Below are positions 16,284 to 25,284 of a DNA stretch of 64,000 nucleotides, in pieces. The DNA is from a virus. Its lineage: Duplodnaviria; Caudoviricetes. The notes beneath the pieces are model-generated. The model was not told the origin of the DNA and did no database searches. It saw only the letters and a list, made by a program, of their open reading frames with translations. Both the position numbers and the translations under genes were made by a program. The stretch lies in IMG/VR virus record IMGVR_UViG_2791355104_000001; one strand, written 5' to 3'. Positions within the stretch are counted from its first letter, which is position 1, and each line of letters starts with the position of its first letter.

Positions 16284-18198
16284 AAAAGCGCTTTGCGAGG
16301 GTGCCCGTGTACTTTATCGAGAGCCACCGCTTACTGGTGTTGAATGGGCTGATGCTCATTACTACATGTCTCCAGAATCTTCATACATTGAAGGCCCTTG
16401 GAAGACGGCTCCAAGTCAGATTGCCATTCTCAACTCGATGTGCAATGACGACATCAGAGAAGTCAACTGGTTAAAGTCGGCGCGGGTTGGTTATACCAAA
16501 CTTATCTGCGCCGCCATTGCTTACTTCATTGAGCATAAAAAAAGAAACGTCGGAGTCTGGCAACCCGATGATGGTGCAAGGGATGGTTTCAGTAAAAAGC
16601 ATATCGACCCGATGCTTCGGGATGTTGACCCACTACGAGCCATATTTCCTTACCTAAACAAAAAGAGCAAACAAAACACCATCGAGAACAAAGCCTTCGT
16701 CAATAGGCGCGAATTGTTCTTGATGGGCGGCAAGGCTGCGAAGAACTACCGCGAAAAATCACTGGACGTCTCTATCTACGACGAGCTGTCGAAGTTTGAT
16801 CGGGATGTAGAAGGTGAAGGCTCGCCAACGTTCTTAGGTGATAAGCGCCTTGAAGGTTCAGCTTTTGGTAAATCAATTCGGGGATCCAGCCCCACAGTAA
16901 AAGGCGAATGCCAAATTACCGAAGCGGCCGACGAATCAGAGCAGGAATTTCGGCGTCACATCCCTTGCTGTAAATGCGGGGCACACCAAGAGCTTATTTT
17001 TGGCGGTAAGGATGCCAGTCACGGTCTTGAGTGGAATAAAGAACTTGAAGGTTCAGAACGAGCCAGATCAGCAAGATATCGCTGCGTAAGTTGTGATGAC
17101 ACATTCACATACGCCGATTTTATCGAAGCGGATAAGCAAGGGTATTGGCTGAGTAATAACGGTTTGGCCACTATTGATGGCATTACCTATTACCACCGTG
17201 ACGATTTCCCTGAGAAAAAGCGGATAGCGCCCACGCCAGAATCAGTGACGTGGATCCTTAATTCACTTTACTCAAACTTCTCGCCTTGGTCTCGCATTAT
17301 CACCGATTGGTACAAGGCGCAGGGCAACCCGATGAAGCTCAAGTCGTTTATCAACACGACATTGGGTGAAGCATTTGAAGAACTAGAGCGGGTGAAAACA
17401 GAGCCTGAGCATCTTCTTGCTCGCCGCGAACACTACAATGCGGAAGTGCCAGACCGAGTAGGATTTATCACCGTGGGTGGTGATATGCAAGATCACTGGG
17501 CTGAATTTACCGTTAAAGGCTGGGCTGCTGGCGAAGAAAGTTTTGTTATCGACCAGTTTGAGGTTCACGGCGATCCATCCACGCCGGACTTCTGGGACAT
17601 GTTAGAAAAGCCGCTACGAAAATCGTACACCAAAGCGAACGGGCAAGTAATGAATTGGGCGACGGGAGTATTTGACTCCGGTGGCCACTATACCGATGAG
17701 GTTTATAAATTCACCAAGCGCTTTGGTGTGATGCGACTATTCCCCGGCAAGGGCGCGAGTGAATACGGCAAGCCTATCGCGACGAAACCTAAAAAGAAAA
17801 ATTCACACGGCGTCTACCTGGTAATGGTCGGCACCGACAATGCCAAAGATATGATTTACGACAGGGTGTGTATCGTTCCTAGCGATCCCACTGTTCCTCA
17901 CCCTGGCAGCATGCACTTTCCGATGAAAGAGTGGTGCGACATTTCATTCTTCAACCAACTTCTAGCTGAAGTGAAGAAGCCCCTGATTGTGAAGGGGCAA
18001 AAAACGTATCGATGGGTTAACCCGCCAGGCAAGCGGAACGAGAAGTTGGATTGCGAAGTTTACAACCTTGCAGCGCTTCGTATCGCGCAACAGTATTTTG
18101 GGCTAAATCTTGACACCCTAATTCCTCAATATGAAGAAAGCGCAAGCAAATCACCCAGTATTTCAGATATAGGCAGATTACTAAATGGCAACAGTTGA
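16249..18198 (+). CDS. Terminase large subunit (GpA family)
   Basis: KSARVGYTK Walker A, YDELSKF, DSGGHYT, RNEKLDCEVY. Confidence 0.96.
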   Translation: MKLSPRQRRKFKKALCEGARVLYREPPLTGVEWADAHYYMSPESSYIEGPWKTAPSQIAILNSMCNDDIREVNWLKSARVGYTKLICAAIAYFIEHKKRNVGVWQPDDGARDGFSKKHIDPMLRDVDPLRAIFPYLNKKSKQNTIENKAFVNRRELFLMGGKAAKNYREKSLDVSIYDELSKFDRDVEGEGSPTFLGDKRLEGSAFGKSIRGSSPTVKGECQITEAADESEQEFRRHIPCCKCGAHQELIFGGKDASHGLEWNKELEGSERARSARYRCVSCDDTFTYADFIEADKQGYWLSNNGLATIDGITYYHRDDFPEKKRIAPTPESVTWILNSLYSNFSPWSRIITDWYKAQGNPMKLKSFINTTLGEAFEELERVKTEPEHLLARREHYNAEVPDRVGFITVGGDMQDHWAEFTVKGWAAGEESFVIDQFEVHGDPSTPDFWDMLEKPLRKSYTKANGQVMNWATGVFDSGGHYTDEVYKFTKRFGVMRLFPGKGASEYGKPIATKPKKKNSHGVYLVMVGTDNAKDMIYDRVCIVPSDPTVPHPGSMHFPMKEWCDISFFNQLLAEVKKPLIVKGQKTYRWVNPPGKRNEKLDCEVYNLAALRIAQQYFGLNLDTLIPQYEESASKSPSISDIGRLLNGNS

Positions 18199-18400
18199 AC
18201 AGACACAGCAGTTGGCTGAAGCCAGAGCTGCGCGTCATAAGCTCATGACAGGCACCGCTGTCGTTCGAGTAAACAAGGATGGTATGTCCGTCGAATATAC
18301 TCGTGCAACGCTAACGCAACTCAACGAATACATAGATGCGTTAGCACGGGTAGTTGAAGGAACTGGCCGTCGCATGCCTCCGGCAGGGGTCAGATTTTGA
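18185..18400 (+). CDS. GpW-like head-tail joining protein
   Basis: EARAARHKLMTG..VV.V..DG..VEYTRA..L..YI..L. Confidence 0.9.
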   Translation: MATVEQTQQLAEARAARHKLMTGTAVVRVNKDGMSVEYTRATLTQLNEYIDALARVVEGTGRRMPPAGVRF

Positions 18401-20010
18401 AAGATGTTAAAATACTAGATCAGAACGGCCAGCCTATGGCGTCTGCGTTTCGTGGTGCGTCAGGTGGGTTTGGCAATCAACTCTCCGATTGGATGCCTAC
18501 GCTAAAAACAGCTGACGCCGGTATACTTCCCGACCTGCAAATGGGAAGTGCCCGCGCTGATGATCTGGTAAAGAATCATGGCTATGCGAGCGGGGCAGTA
18601 CAGCTGCATGTTGATAATATTGTTGGTTCGCATTTCCGATTGAGCTACAAGCCTAACTGGCGGTCTTTAGGAATATCCGAACAAGACTCACGCGCAATGG
18701 CCGCTGATGTTGAATCTGCATGGAAAGAGCATGCGGAAGATCCGGTTGGCTGCTATCTGGATGCAGAAAGAAAGCGCACGTTCACTATGATGGCGCGGGA
18801 AGTTGTAGCCACACACGTCAACTTAGGTGAAGCGATGGCCTCGGCAGAATGGATATCCAGATCCGGAAGCCTCTTTAAAACTGCAATTAAGATGGTCTCC
18901 CCCAAGCGAGTATCCAACCCTCTTGGTGTACCAGACTCTGAACGGCTGCGTGGTGGCGTAGAGCAAGATCGCTACAGCTCAGCTATCGCATATCACGTTT
19001 TAAATCCTCGGTACGGTATCGGTGAATCCTTGAACGGGTTTAACTCTGGCGGCTGGCGTCGGGTACCGCGCGAAACACGCTGGGGAAGACAGCAGTTTAT
19101 CCATATTTTTGAGCCTCGCGAAGACGGCCAAACCCGAGCGGCCACACAATTTATGGCAGTCATGGAGCAATTATTCATGATTGATAAATTGCAGATGACC
19201 AAACTGCAGAATGCTGTTGTTAGTGCTATGTATGCCGCTGTCATTGAATCTGAACTAGATTCTCAGACTGCTCACGACATGATCCTTGGTGCTTCTACTG
19301 GCGGGGGGAATGTTCAGCAGGGTTTAACTAACATGCTGGCGTTCTCTGGGCAATTCCATCAGGGCGCTAACGTAAAAATGAACGGGGTTAAAATTCCGCA
19401 TCTGTTCCCTGGCGAATCCCTGAATCTTAAAACGCCCGGTAATGCCGACAATGGCTTTGCTGATTTGGAATCCGCTATCCTTCGCTACACCGCAGCCGGA
19501 ATGAATATGAGTTACGAGCAGCTCGCCCGTGACTACTCCAAAGTGAATTATTCCAGTGCCCGCGCTTCAATGATGGAGTCATGGCGCTATTTTATTGGTC
19601 GTCGGAAGGTCATTCCTGCGCGATTTGGGGCGTCCGTTTTTTCACTGTGGTTTGAAGAAGCGATACAGCGTGGATACCTCACATTGCCGCGTAAGGCAAA
19701 ATATAACTTCTACGAACGTAAATCTGCCTGGTGTAACACGGAATGGATCGGTACTGGACGTCTTGCTATCGATGGCCTTAAAGAAGTCAAGGAAGCGGTG
19801 CTTCGCATTGAGTCTGGTTTATCTACCTATGAAAAAGAACTAGCCACCATGGGTGAAGATTATCAGGAGGTGTTTAGCCAACAGGTCAGGGAAGCTGAAG
19901 AGCGAAAAACCGCTGGGTTACCCCCGCCAAGCTGGGCTCAGGTTACACGGTTCAATGAAACCGTAGAACCAGAAGAGCAAAACCCCCAAACACAGGGAAA
20001 GGCCGCGTAA
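18397..20010 (+). CDS. Portal protein, lambda family
   Basis: RADDLVKNHGYASGAV, DYSKVNYSSARAS, IDGLKEV. Confidence 0.96.
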   Translation: MKDVKILDQNGQPMASAFRGASGGFGNQLSDWMPTLKTADAGILPDLQMGSARADDLVKNHGYASGAVQLHVDNIVGSHFRLSYKPNWRSLGISEQDSRAMAADVESAWKEHAEDPVGCYLDAERKRTFTMMAREVVATHVNLGEAMASAEWISRSGSLFKTAIKMVSPKRVSNPLGVPDSERLRGGVEQDRYSSAIAYHVLNPRYGIGESLNGFNSGGWRRVPRETRWGRQQFIHIFEPREDGQTRAATQFMAVMEQLFMIDKLQMTKLQNAVVSAMYAAVIESELDSQTAHDMILGASTGGGNVQQGLTNMLAFSGQFHQGANVKMNGVKIPHLFPGESLNLKTPGNADNGFADLESAILRYTAAGMNMSYEQLARDYSKVNYSSARASMMESWRYFIGRRKVIPARFGASVFSLWFEEAIQRGYLTLPRKAKYNFYERKSAWCNTEWIGTGRLAIDGLKEVKEAVLRIESGLSTYEKELATMGEDYQEVFSQQVREAEERKTAGLPPPSWAQVTRFNETVEPEEQNPQTQGKAA

Positions 20011-20027
20011 AGTGGTCTTTTATATCT

Positions 20028-21299
20028 ATGCTTGAAACACTATTAAACCAGTCTCTGGCGATGGACGCGAAATCAGCGCGCCTGTTGCTCGCCTCCTTAG
20101 CAGTAAAACAAAAAGGCGGCTTAAGTCTTTTTGATGAAAAAGGCGTTGTTGATACAGAGGGTAAACCTCGCGTTTCACAAACGCCCAGCGCTTACCATTC
20201 CAGTCATGGGGGTTACGCCAACAAGCCCTATTACTTGGTAGACGGCGTAGCGGTAATTCCGGTATCTGGCGCATTGATTCATAAGTTGGGATTTGTCAGT
20301 TCCTACATCTCCGGATACGACGCCATAGTCGCTATGTTCGATGCAGCCAATCAGGATCCAGACGTCAAAGGTATCCTGTTATCCATTAACTCACCTGGCG
20401 GCACTGTCGCGGGTTGCTTCGACGCTTGCGACCACATCTTTGAAAATAAGCAAAAACCGTTATGGGCCATCTATGACGATATGGCCTGCAGCGCAGCAAT
20501 GTGTATCGGTAGCGCAGCAGATAAACGCTTTACGACCCAGACCGCAATAAGTGGCTCTATCGGCGTGGTGCAAATCCATTCCAGTTACGAAGGAATGCTG
20601 AGCGAATACGGCATGGAAATTACCATGATTTATTCGGGCTCTCATAAAGTTGACGGCAACCCTTACAAAAATTTACCCGACGATGTTTATCAGCAATTCA
20701 AATCCTCATGCGATGAGTTGCGCGAACAGTTTGCTGGAAAAGTTTCTCGCAATATCGGCCTTTCGCTCGATGAAGTTTTAGCAACGGAAGCGCTTTCCTA
20801 TACCGGCCAAGCTGCTGTCGATGCTGGCTTGGCTGATGAGGTGATTAATTCCCACAACATTCTTACCCATTTCACACAACACCTGTCCGGCACGGACAGT
20901 CAACAACAGCGGAGCATCACAATGAGTGAGCAAGCAACCCCAGCGGCAGACGAGACGGTAAGTGCCGGACCTGAAGCCCAACAGCAAGCAAGCCCGGCAG
21001 CGTCAGCCCCAGCGGTTGACCAAAAACAGCGTTGCGCTGCCATCCTTAAAGCCCCTGAAGCCGAAGGCCGTTCTGATTTAGCTCAGCATCTCGCTTTTAA
21101 CACCGATTTATCTGCAGAAGATGCAGTCGCGGTAATGAAGGCATCGCCTGAAAGCAAATCCGCCGCCCAAGGCAACGCGCTTGATATCGCAATGAGCGCC
21201 ACAGAACAGCCTGGCATTGGCGCAATTGCAGAAGCCGAAGAGGAATCCGAGGCCGCCAAATATATTGCAGCCTATAACAAATCTGTTGGAGTTAAGTAA
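20028..21299 (+). CDS. S49 capsid protease with C-terminal scaffold (GpC/Nu3-like)
   Basis: INSPGGTVAG, ACSAA, SGSIGVV, HKVDGNPY; Ala-rich C-terminal scaffold. Confidence 0.93.
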   Translation: MLETLLNQSLAMDAKSARLLLASLAVKQKGGLSLFDEKGVVDTEGKPRVSQTPSAYHSSHGGYANKPYYLVDGVAVIPVSGALIHKLGFVSSYISGYDAIVAMFDAANQDPDVKGILLSINSPGGTVAGCFDACDHIFENKQKPLWAIYDDMACSAAMCIGSAADKRFTTQTAISGSIGVVQIHSSYEGMLSEYGMEITMIYSGSHKVDGNPYKNLPDDVYQQFKSSCDELREQFAGKVSRNIGLSLDEVLATEALSYTGQAAVDAGLADEVINSHNILTHFTQHLSGTDSQQQRSITMSEQATPAADETVSAGPEAQQQASPAASAPAVDQKQRCAAILKAPEAEGRSDLAQHLAFNTDLSAEDAVAVMKASPESKSAAQGNALDIAMSATEQPGIGAIAEAEEESEAAKYIAAYNKSVGVK

Positions 21300-21658
21300 T
21301 GTTTACCGAAACCTATGATTATGAAGATGTCACAAGTGGCAGCGATCAGATTGCCACTACCTCAGTTACCATCGCGTCTGGCCAAAACCTTGCGGCTTTC
21401 ACGCCTATTGGGCAGGTTACCTCGTCAGGTAAATATGTCGAAACCGATACTGCCGCCACTAACGGAAGCCAGAAGGCTGTATACATTACGCCCCAGGCAA
21501 TCGATGCAAGCGCGGGTGACGTGACTTGTCAAGTTTTTAAAGCTGGCACGTTTGATCCTTCCATGCTCGCTTGGCATGCAAGCTTTACCGACACAACCAA
21601 GTCGCTGGCATTTGTCGGCACCCCGATCAGCTTGCAGACCAAAGCTGCTAAACTTTAA
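21299..21658 (+). CDS. Head decoration protein (GpD-like)
   Basis: Position between protease and capsid; TAATG coupling; GTFDP..L.W motif. Confidence 0.85.
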   Translation: MFTETYDYEDVTSGSDQIATTSVTIASGQNLAAFTPIGQVTSSGKYVETDTAATNGSQKAVYITPQAIDASAGDVTCQVFKAGTFDPSMLAWHASFTDTTKSLAFVGTPISLQTKAAKL

Positions 21659-21669
21659 GGAGCAAACAC

Positions 21670-22701
21670 ATGTTTAATGCAGTTAGCACTAGCACTATGC
21701 TAGAAATCGTACAGACGGTAGGCAAGTTTGAGTCATTCTTCTTGTCTCTGTTTTTCCCAAGCGTGATCACGTTTGATGATGAATATATCCATTTCGACAA
21801 AGTTTCCGAAGACGTTGTTATGGCGCCGTTCGTTTCTCCTGTCGTTGCCGGCAAAGTTCACAAAGAGCGTGGTGGAGAGCTTAAAACCTTTAAACCCGCC
21901 TACTTAAAGCCCAAGCATGCCATTAAGCCCGGTCAGTTGCTCAAGCGTCGGCCTGGTGAAGCCTTTCTTGGCTCCATGTCTCCAGCGCAACGTAAAATGG
22001 CGGCACTGACCGACAATCTTGTTCGCCAAGACAAAGCGATCACCTATCGTGAAGAGTGGATGGCGGCGCAAGCCGTATTAACTGGAAAGGTCCTTGTGAA
22101 GGGTGAAGACTACCCAGATCAGGAAGTTGACTTTGGTCGCTCCGCTGGCAACAACATTGCCCTTTCTGGCGCTGCAAAGTGGGATACTGTGGACCCTGCC
22201 ACTTACGACCCTACCGATGACATCACTAACTGGGCGGAGAATGCGACAGGCTCTGTCGGTCTTATCGTGATGGGTAAGGGCGCATGGACTAAATTTAGTT
22301 CATTTAAATCAGTAAAAGAGAAGTTGGATACGCTTCGTGGTAGCTCTTCTCAAATGGAAACAGCCACAAAAGACTTAGGCATGGTAACAAGCTTTAAGGG
22401 TTACTTTGGTGACGTAGAAATCTGGGTTTATACCGGTCAATACACCGACCCAGAAACGAATGAGAAAGAATACTACATGCCTGCCAACAAGATATTGATG
22501 GGCAATGCTGCTTATTCTGGCGTCCGGGCGTATGGCGCCATTCACGATGTGAAAGCGAATGACGAAGGCGTTGTTGCCGCGTCTCGCTGGCCGAAAACGT
22601 GGGCGCAGGACGATCCCTCGGTTGAATACGTGATGACGCAATCAGCACCGCTGATGATCACGCCAGACCCAGATGCTTTCGTGTCTGTTACTGTCTTTTA
22701 A
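21670..22701 (+). CDS. Major capsid protein (GpE family)
   Basis: MAPFVSPVVAG, FKPAYLKPKH, REEWMAAQAV, QSAPL. Confidence 0.96.
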   Translation: MFNAVSTSTMLEIVQTVGKFESFFLSLFFPSVITFDDEYIHFDKVSEDVVMAPFVSPVVAGKVHKERGGELKTFKPAYLKPKHAIKPGQLLKRRPGEAFLGSMSPAQRKMAALTDNLVRQDKAITYREEWMAAQAVLTGKVLVKGEDYPDQEVDFGRSAGNNIALSGAAKWDTVDPATYDPTDDITNWAENATGSVGLIVMGKGAWTKFSSFKSVKEKLDTLRGSSSQMETATKDLGMVTSFKGYFGDVEIWVYTGQYTDPETNEKEYYMPANKILMGNAAYSGVRAYGAIHDVKANDEGVVAASRWPKTWAQDDPSVEYVMTQSAPLMITPDPDAFVSVTVF

Positions 22702-22741
22702 TCTGAGGGGCTAACGCCCCTCTTTATTTTTAGGAGTCACC

Positions 22742-22906
22742 ATGTCCAGTGCAAAGCCTCAGACAGAGAAAAAAGCATCTGCCAAAAAGGTAGAGCTACT
22801 ATTTACTGTGCAAGTTAAACCCGGTGAAGATCCATTGACGCCAGGCGAGCACAATCTTGATGCAGATTTAGCTGACGCCCTTATCAAAGATAAATTGGCT
22901 AAATAG
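22742..22906 (+). CDS. 54-aa protein at the GpFI position; absent from ORF track
   Basis: MSSAKPQTEKK...LIKDKLAK; AGGAG RBS. Confidence 0.7.
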   Translation: MSSAKPQTEKKASAKKVELLFTVQVKPGEDPLTPGEHNLDADLADALIKDKLAK

Positions 22907-22908
22907 CC

Positions 22909-23196
22909 ATGTCGTTTGAAAGTATTCTCAACCAAGCAGCGCAAGACTGCATTGATTGCCTAGGTGAAGAAGAAAACATCATCGTTAGCGGCGTAACGGT
23001 GCAGGCTATCTTTAGCGATACCGAGTTTGAAGGCGAAACCGGCGTTGAGCGAATGACAGTGATTACAGTGAAAAACGCCGATGCTAAATTCTTCCGCCGT
23101 GGCGATACGCTGCTGGTGAGAGATCGAAATTACACTATCGAGCGAATACCCACCACAGCAGAGCCGCTAATCGATATTGAGGTGAAAAGTGCATAG
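22909..23196 (+). CDS. Head-tail joining protein (FII-like)
   Basis: Size, position, RRGDTL.V..RNYTI motif. Confidence 0.7.
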   Translation: MSFESILNQAAQDCIDCLGEEENIIVSGVTVQAIFSDTEFEGETGVERMTVITVKNADAKFFRRGDTLLVRDRNYTIERIPTTAEPLIDIEVKSA

Positions 23197-23623
23197 AGCC
23201 GGTGAGATTGTCACAACGATTTTTGATGCCCTTCAACCACTTTTGGAAGATGGCCCCACACTCGATGTGCAGCGCAACTCTTCACGCCTACCGTATGACC
23301 ATCCGGCTGTTGTTGTGCGCATGGGGCAGGACTTGCCAGATTCAGTCGGTACCCATTTCATCGATTGGGACCTGGTTGTGCATACCGATATCCTAACCCG
23401 AAGTAACACGACCAGCCTGGATGAAGAAGCGTTAAATATTCGCAACCAAATTCACGTGCTACTTATGGCTAATCCCGACCTGAATCTTGCTTACGTGCAA
23501 AGCATTACGCCGTTGGGTCAGTCAGAACCTGAATATTCTGGTGATGGCGATAAATACACGATGGCCGTTCGCCAGTCGTGGCAAGTGAAGTACCGCACTA
23601 GCATTAACGACCCTTCGCAGTAA
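23189..23623 (+). CDS. Tail terminator/completion protein (GpU-like)
   Basis: Position before tail tube; PAVVVRMG.D and W.V.YRT pattern. Confidence 0.65.
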   Translation: MHRAGEIVTTIFDALQPLLEDGPTLDVQRNSSRLPYDHPAVVVRMGQDLPDSVGTHFIDWDLVVHTDILTRSNTTSLDEEALNIRNQIHVLLMANPDLNLAYVQSITPLGQSEPEYSGDGDKYTMAVRQSWQVKYRTSINDPSQ

Positions 23624-23644
23624 GGTCGAACAGAATTTAAACAC

Positions 23645-23667
23645 AAACCCGCTTCGGCGGGTTTTTT
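23645..23667 (+). terminator. Intrinsic terminator with UUCG loop
   Basis: AAACCCGC-TTCG-GCGGGTTTTTT. Confidence 0.85.
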
Positions 23668-23685
23668 ATTGCCCGGTGAAAAATT

Positions 23686-23766
23686 ATGAACGCAAGAAAG
23701 AAAGTCGTCACCCGCAAAGGCGGAAGCAGAACCACCGAATCACCTAAGAAAAAAGAGGAAAAGTAA
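23686..23766 (+). CDS. 26-aa basic microprotein coupled to tail tube gene
   Basis: MNARKKVVTRKGGSRTTESPKKKEEK, TAATG overlap. Confidence 0.45.
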   Translation: MNARKKVVTRKGGSRTTESPKKKEEK

Positions 23767-24686
23767 TGCTGACTACTCGAGAAGCGATTGCTTTAAAAAT
23801 TGAAAGTACGCCGGGTACTGAGTCAGCGCCTGATCCACTGGTTGACTCAATATTGGTATCTGCCGTTTCGATTTCTAATGAAGGGCTTCGGATGATAGAA
23901 CGCCCGAACATCAAGCCTTCTATTGCCACTGATCAACAAATTTTCGGCGGCACAATGAAGAAGTTGAGCTTTACCGCTGAGTTAAAAGGGTCGGGGACGG
24001 CTGGCACTGCACCGGAAATAGGACAATCCCTTCGTGCCTGCGGACTATCTGAAACAATAGGTGCTGGCACAGTTACGTACGCCCCTGTTTCTGATGGCCA
24101 TGAATCAGCCACGATTTATTACTACCAGGACGGACGCCTGTACAAGCTGTTGGGGTGCAAAGGTAATGTCACGTTGAATGCTGAGGCAGGCGCACTTGGC
24201 ACTGCACAATTCGAATTTACCGGACACGATGGTGGTTTAGCTGACGCTTTATTCCCTACATTGGCCTACAACAGCACGGTGCCTAAACCTTTCATCAAAG
24301 TGGCGTTCAAAATTGATGAGTATGGCGCCATCATCAACTCCCTTTCTCTGAATGCTGGCAATAACATCGTTATCAATGGCGATGTATCTAGCGATTGGGG
24401 GTTCGGTGATGTGGAAATTACGAAGCGAGATCCCAACGGCACCATCGACCCTCGCGCAGTCAGCCTTGCTACCAAAAATTTCTATACAGCATTCAAAGAC
24501 GGTACCCGACTGGCACTGAGCACTGGTCCTGTGGGCAGCACAACCGGTAATCGCTATCAAATCGATGCCTCCATCGCTATCCGAGAACTCGCCCACGGTG
24601 AACGTGAGCAGATCCGCACAGACGATTTGACGTTCGGTTGTCATGAGACAAACGGCGATGACGACTGGTCCATCACATTTAGTTAA
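23766..24686 (+). CDS. Major tail tube protein
   Basis: FTAELKGSG.AG.APE.G..LRACG motif; position before chaperone and tape measure. Confidence 0.85.
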   Translation: MLTTREAIALKIESTPGTESAPDPLVDSILVSAVSISNEGLRMIERPNIKPSIATDQQIFGGTMKKLSFTAELKGSGTAGTAPEIGQSLRACGLSETIGAGTVTYAPVSDGHESATIYYYQDGRLYKLLGCKGNVTLNAEAGALGTAQFEFTGHDGGLADALFPTLAYNSTVPKPFIKVAFKIDEYGAIINSLSLNAGNNIVINGDVSSDWGFGDVEITKRDPNGTIDPRAVSLATKNFYTAFKDGTRLALSTGPVGSTTGNRYQIDASIAIRELAHGEREQIRTDDLTFGCHETNGDDDWSITFS

Positions 24687-24694
24687 GGAATCCC

Positions 24695-24991
24695 ATGCAA
24701 GCACTAGCTAACGAAGTTTTTACACCCAAGGATCAAGAGGGCGCGCAGACGCCCAAAACCTACACCATTAAGGCATTGAAACCGCTTCAGTTAACCGAGG
24801 CGGTAACCGCTGGCATGGACTACACGCTGGGACGGTTCACCTTTTCGTTCCCTGCCATCATTACGCTGCTTAAATACGGTCTTGAAGATCAGAAGCTTAT
24901 AGAGAGCATGCCAGCCGCACATCACGCGGTTGTTGCCAAAGCTATCTACGAGAAATCCAGTCTCGCGGATGAAGAAAGAAAAAACTCATAA
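24695..24991 (+). CDS. Tail assembly chaperone (G-like)
   Basis: Position; ends at A-AAA-AAC slippery heptamer 24979-24985. Confidence 0.8.
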   Translation: MQALANEVFTPKDQEGAQTPKTYTIKALKPLQLTEAVTAGMDYTLGRFTFSFPAIITLLKYGLEDQKLIESMPAAHHAVVAKAIYEKSSLADEERKNS

Positions 24992-25284
24992 TCGCAGTTG
25001 AAGTCACTAAACACGCTAAAGACTACAACTGCGAAAGGTGCGCTTTTGGTCGGTATTGCAATGATTCCAACCCGGCACCTTACGAAAAATGGGAAATCCC
25101 CGAAATAGGTCTGTCGTCAAAGACCTGCCTACTTCCCATGATCACACATCAAAGCAACGAGCTCATCAAGCTTTACCACTTTTATCGCAAAGGCGTAATG
25201 GCAGTGGCGGGCGGTATTTACGATCAGCCAGTGAAGTACGTTGATGCAATGCAAATAATAGAAGCGCAGGTTAATAGTGAATAA
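24979..25284 (+). CDS. -1 frameshift extension of tail chaperone (GT-like); absent from ORF track
   Basis: -1 frame open: LIIAVEVTKHAKDYNCERCAFGRYC...TCLLP...GGIYDQPVKYVDAMQII...; no ATG near its 5' end. Confidence 0.8.
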   Translation, partial: KKLIIAVEVTKHAKDYNCERCAFGRYCNDSNPAPYEKWEIPEIGLSSKTCLLPMITHQSNELIKLYHFYRKGVMAVAGGIYDQPVKYVDAMQIIEAQVNSE

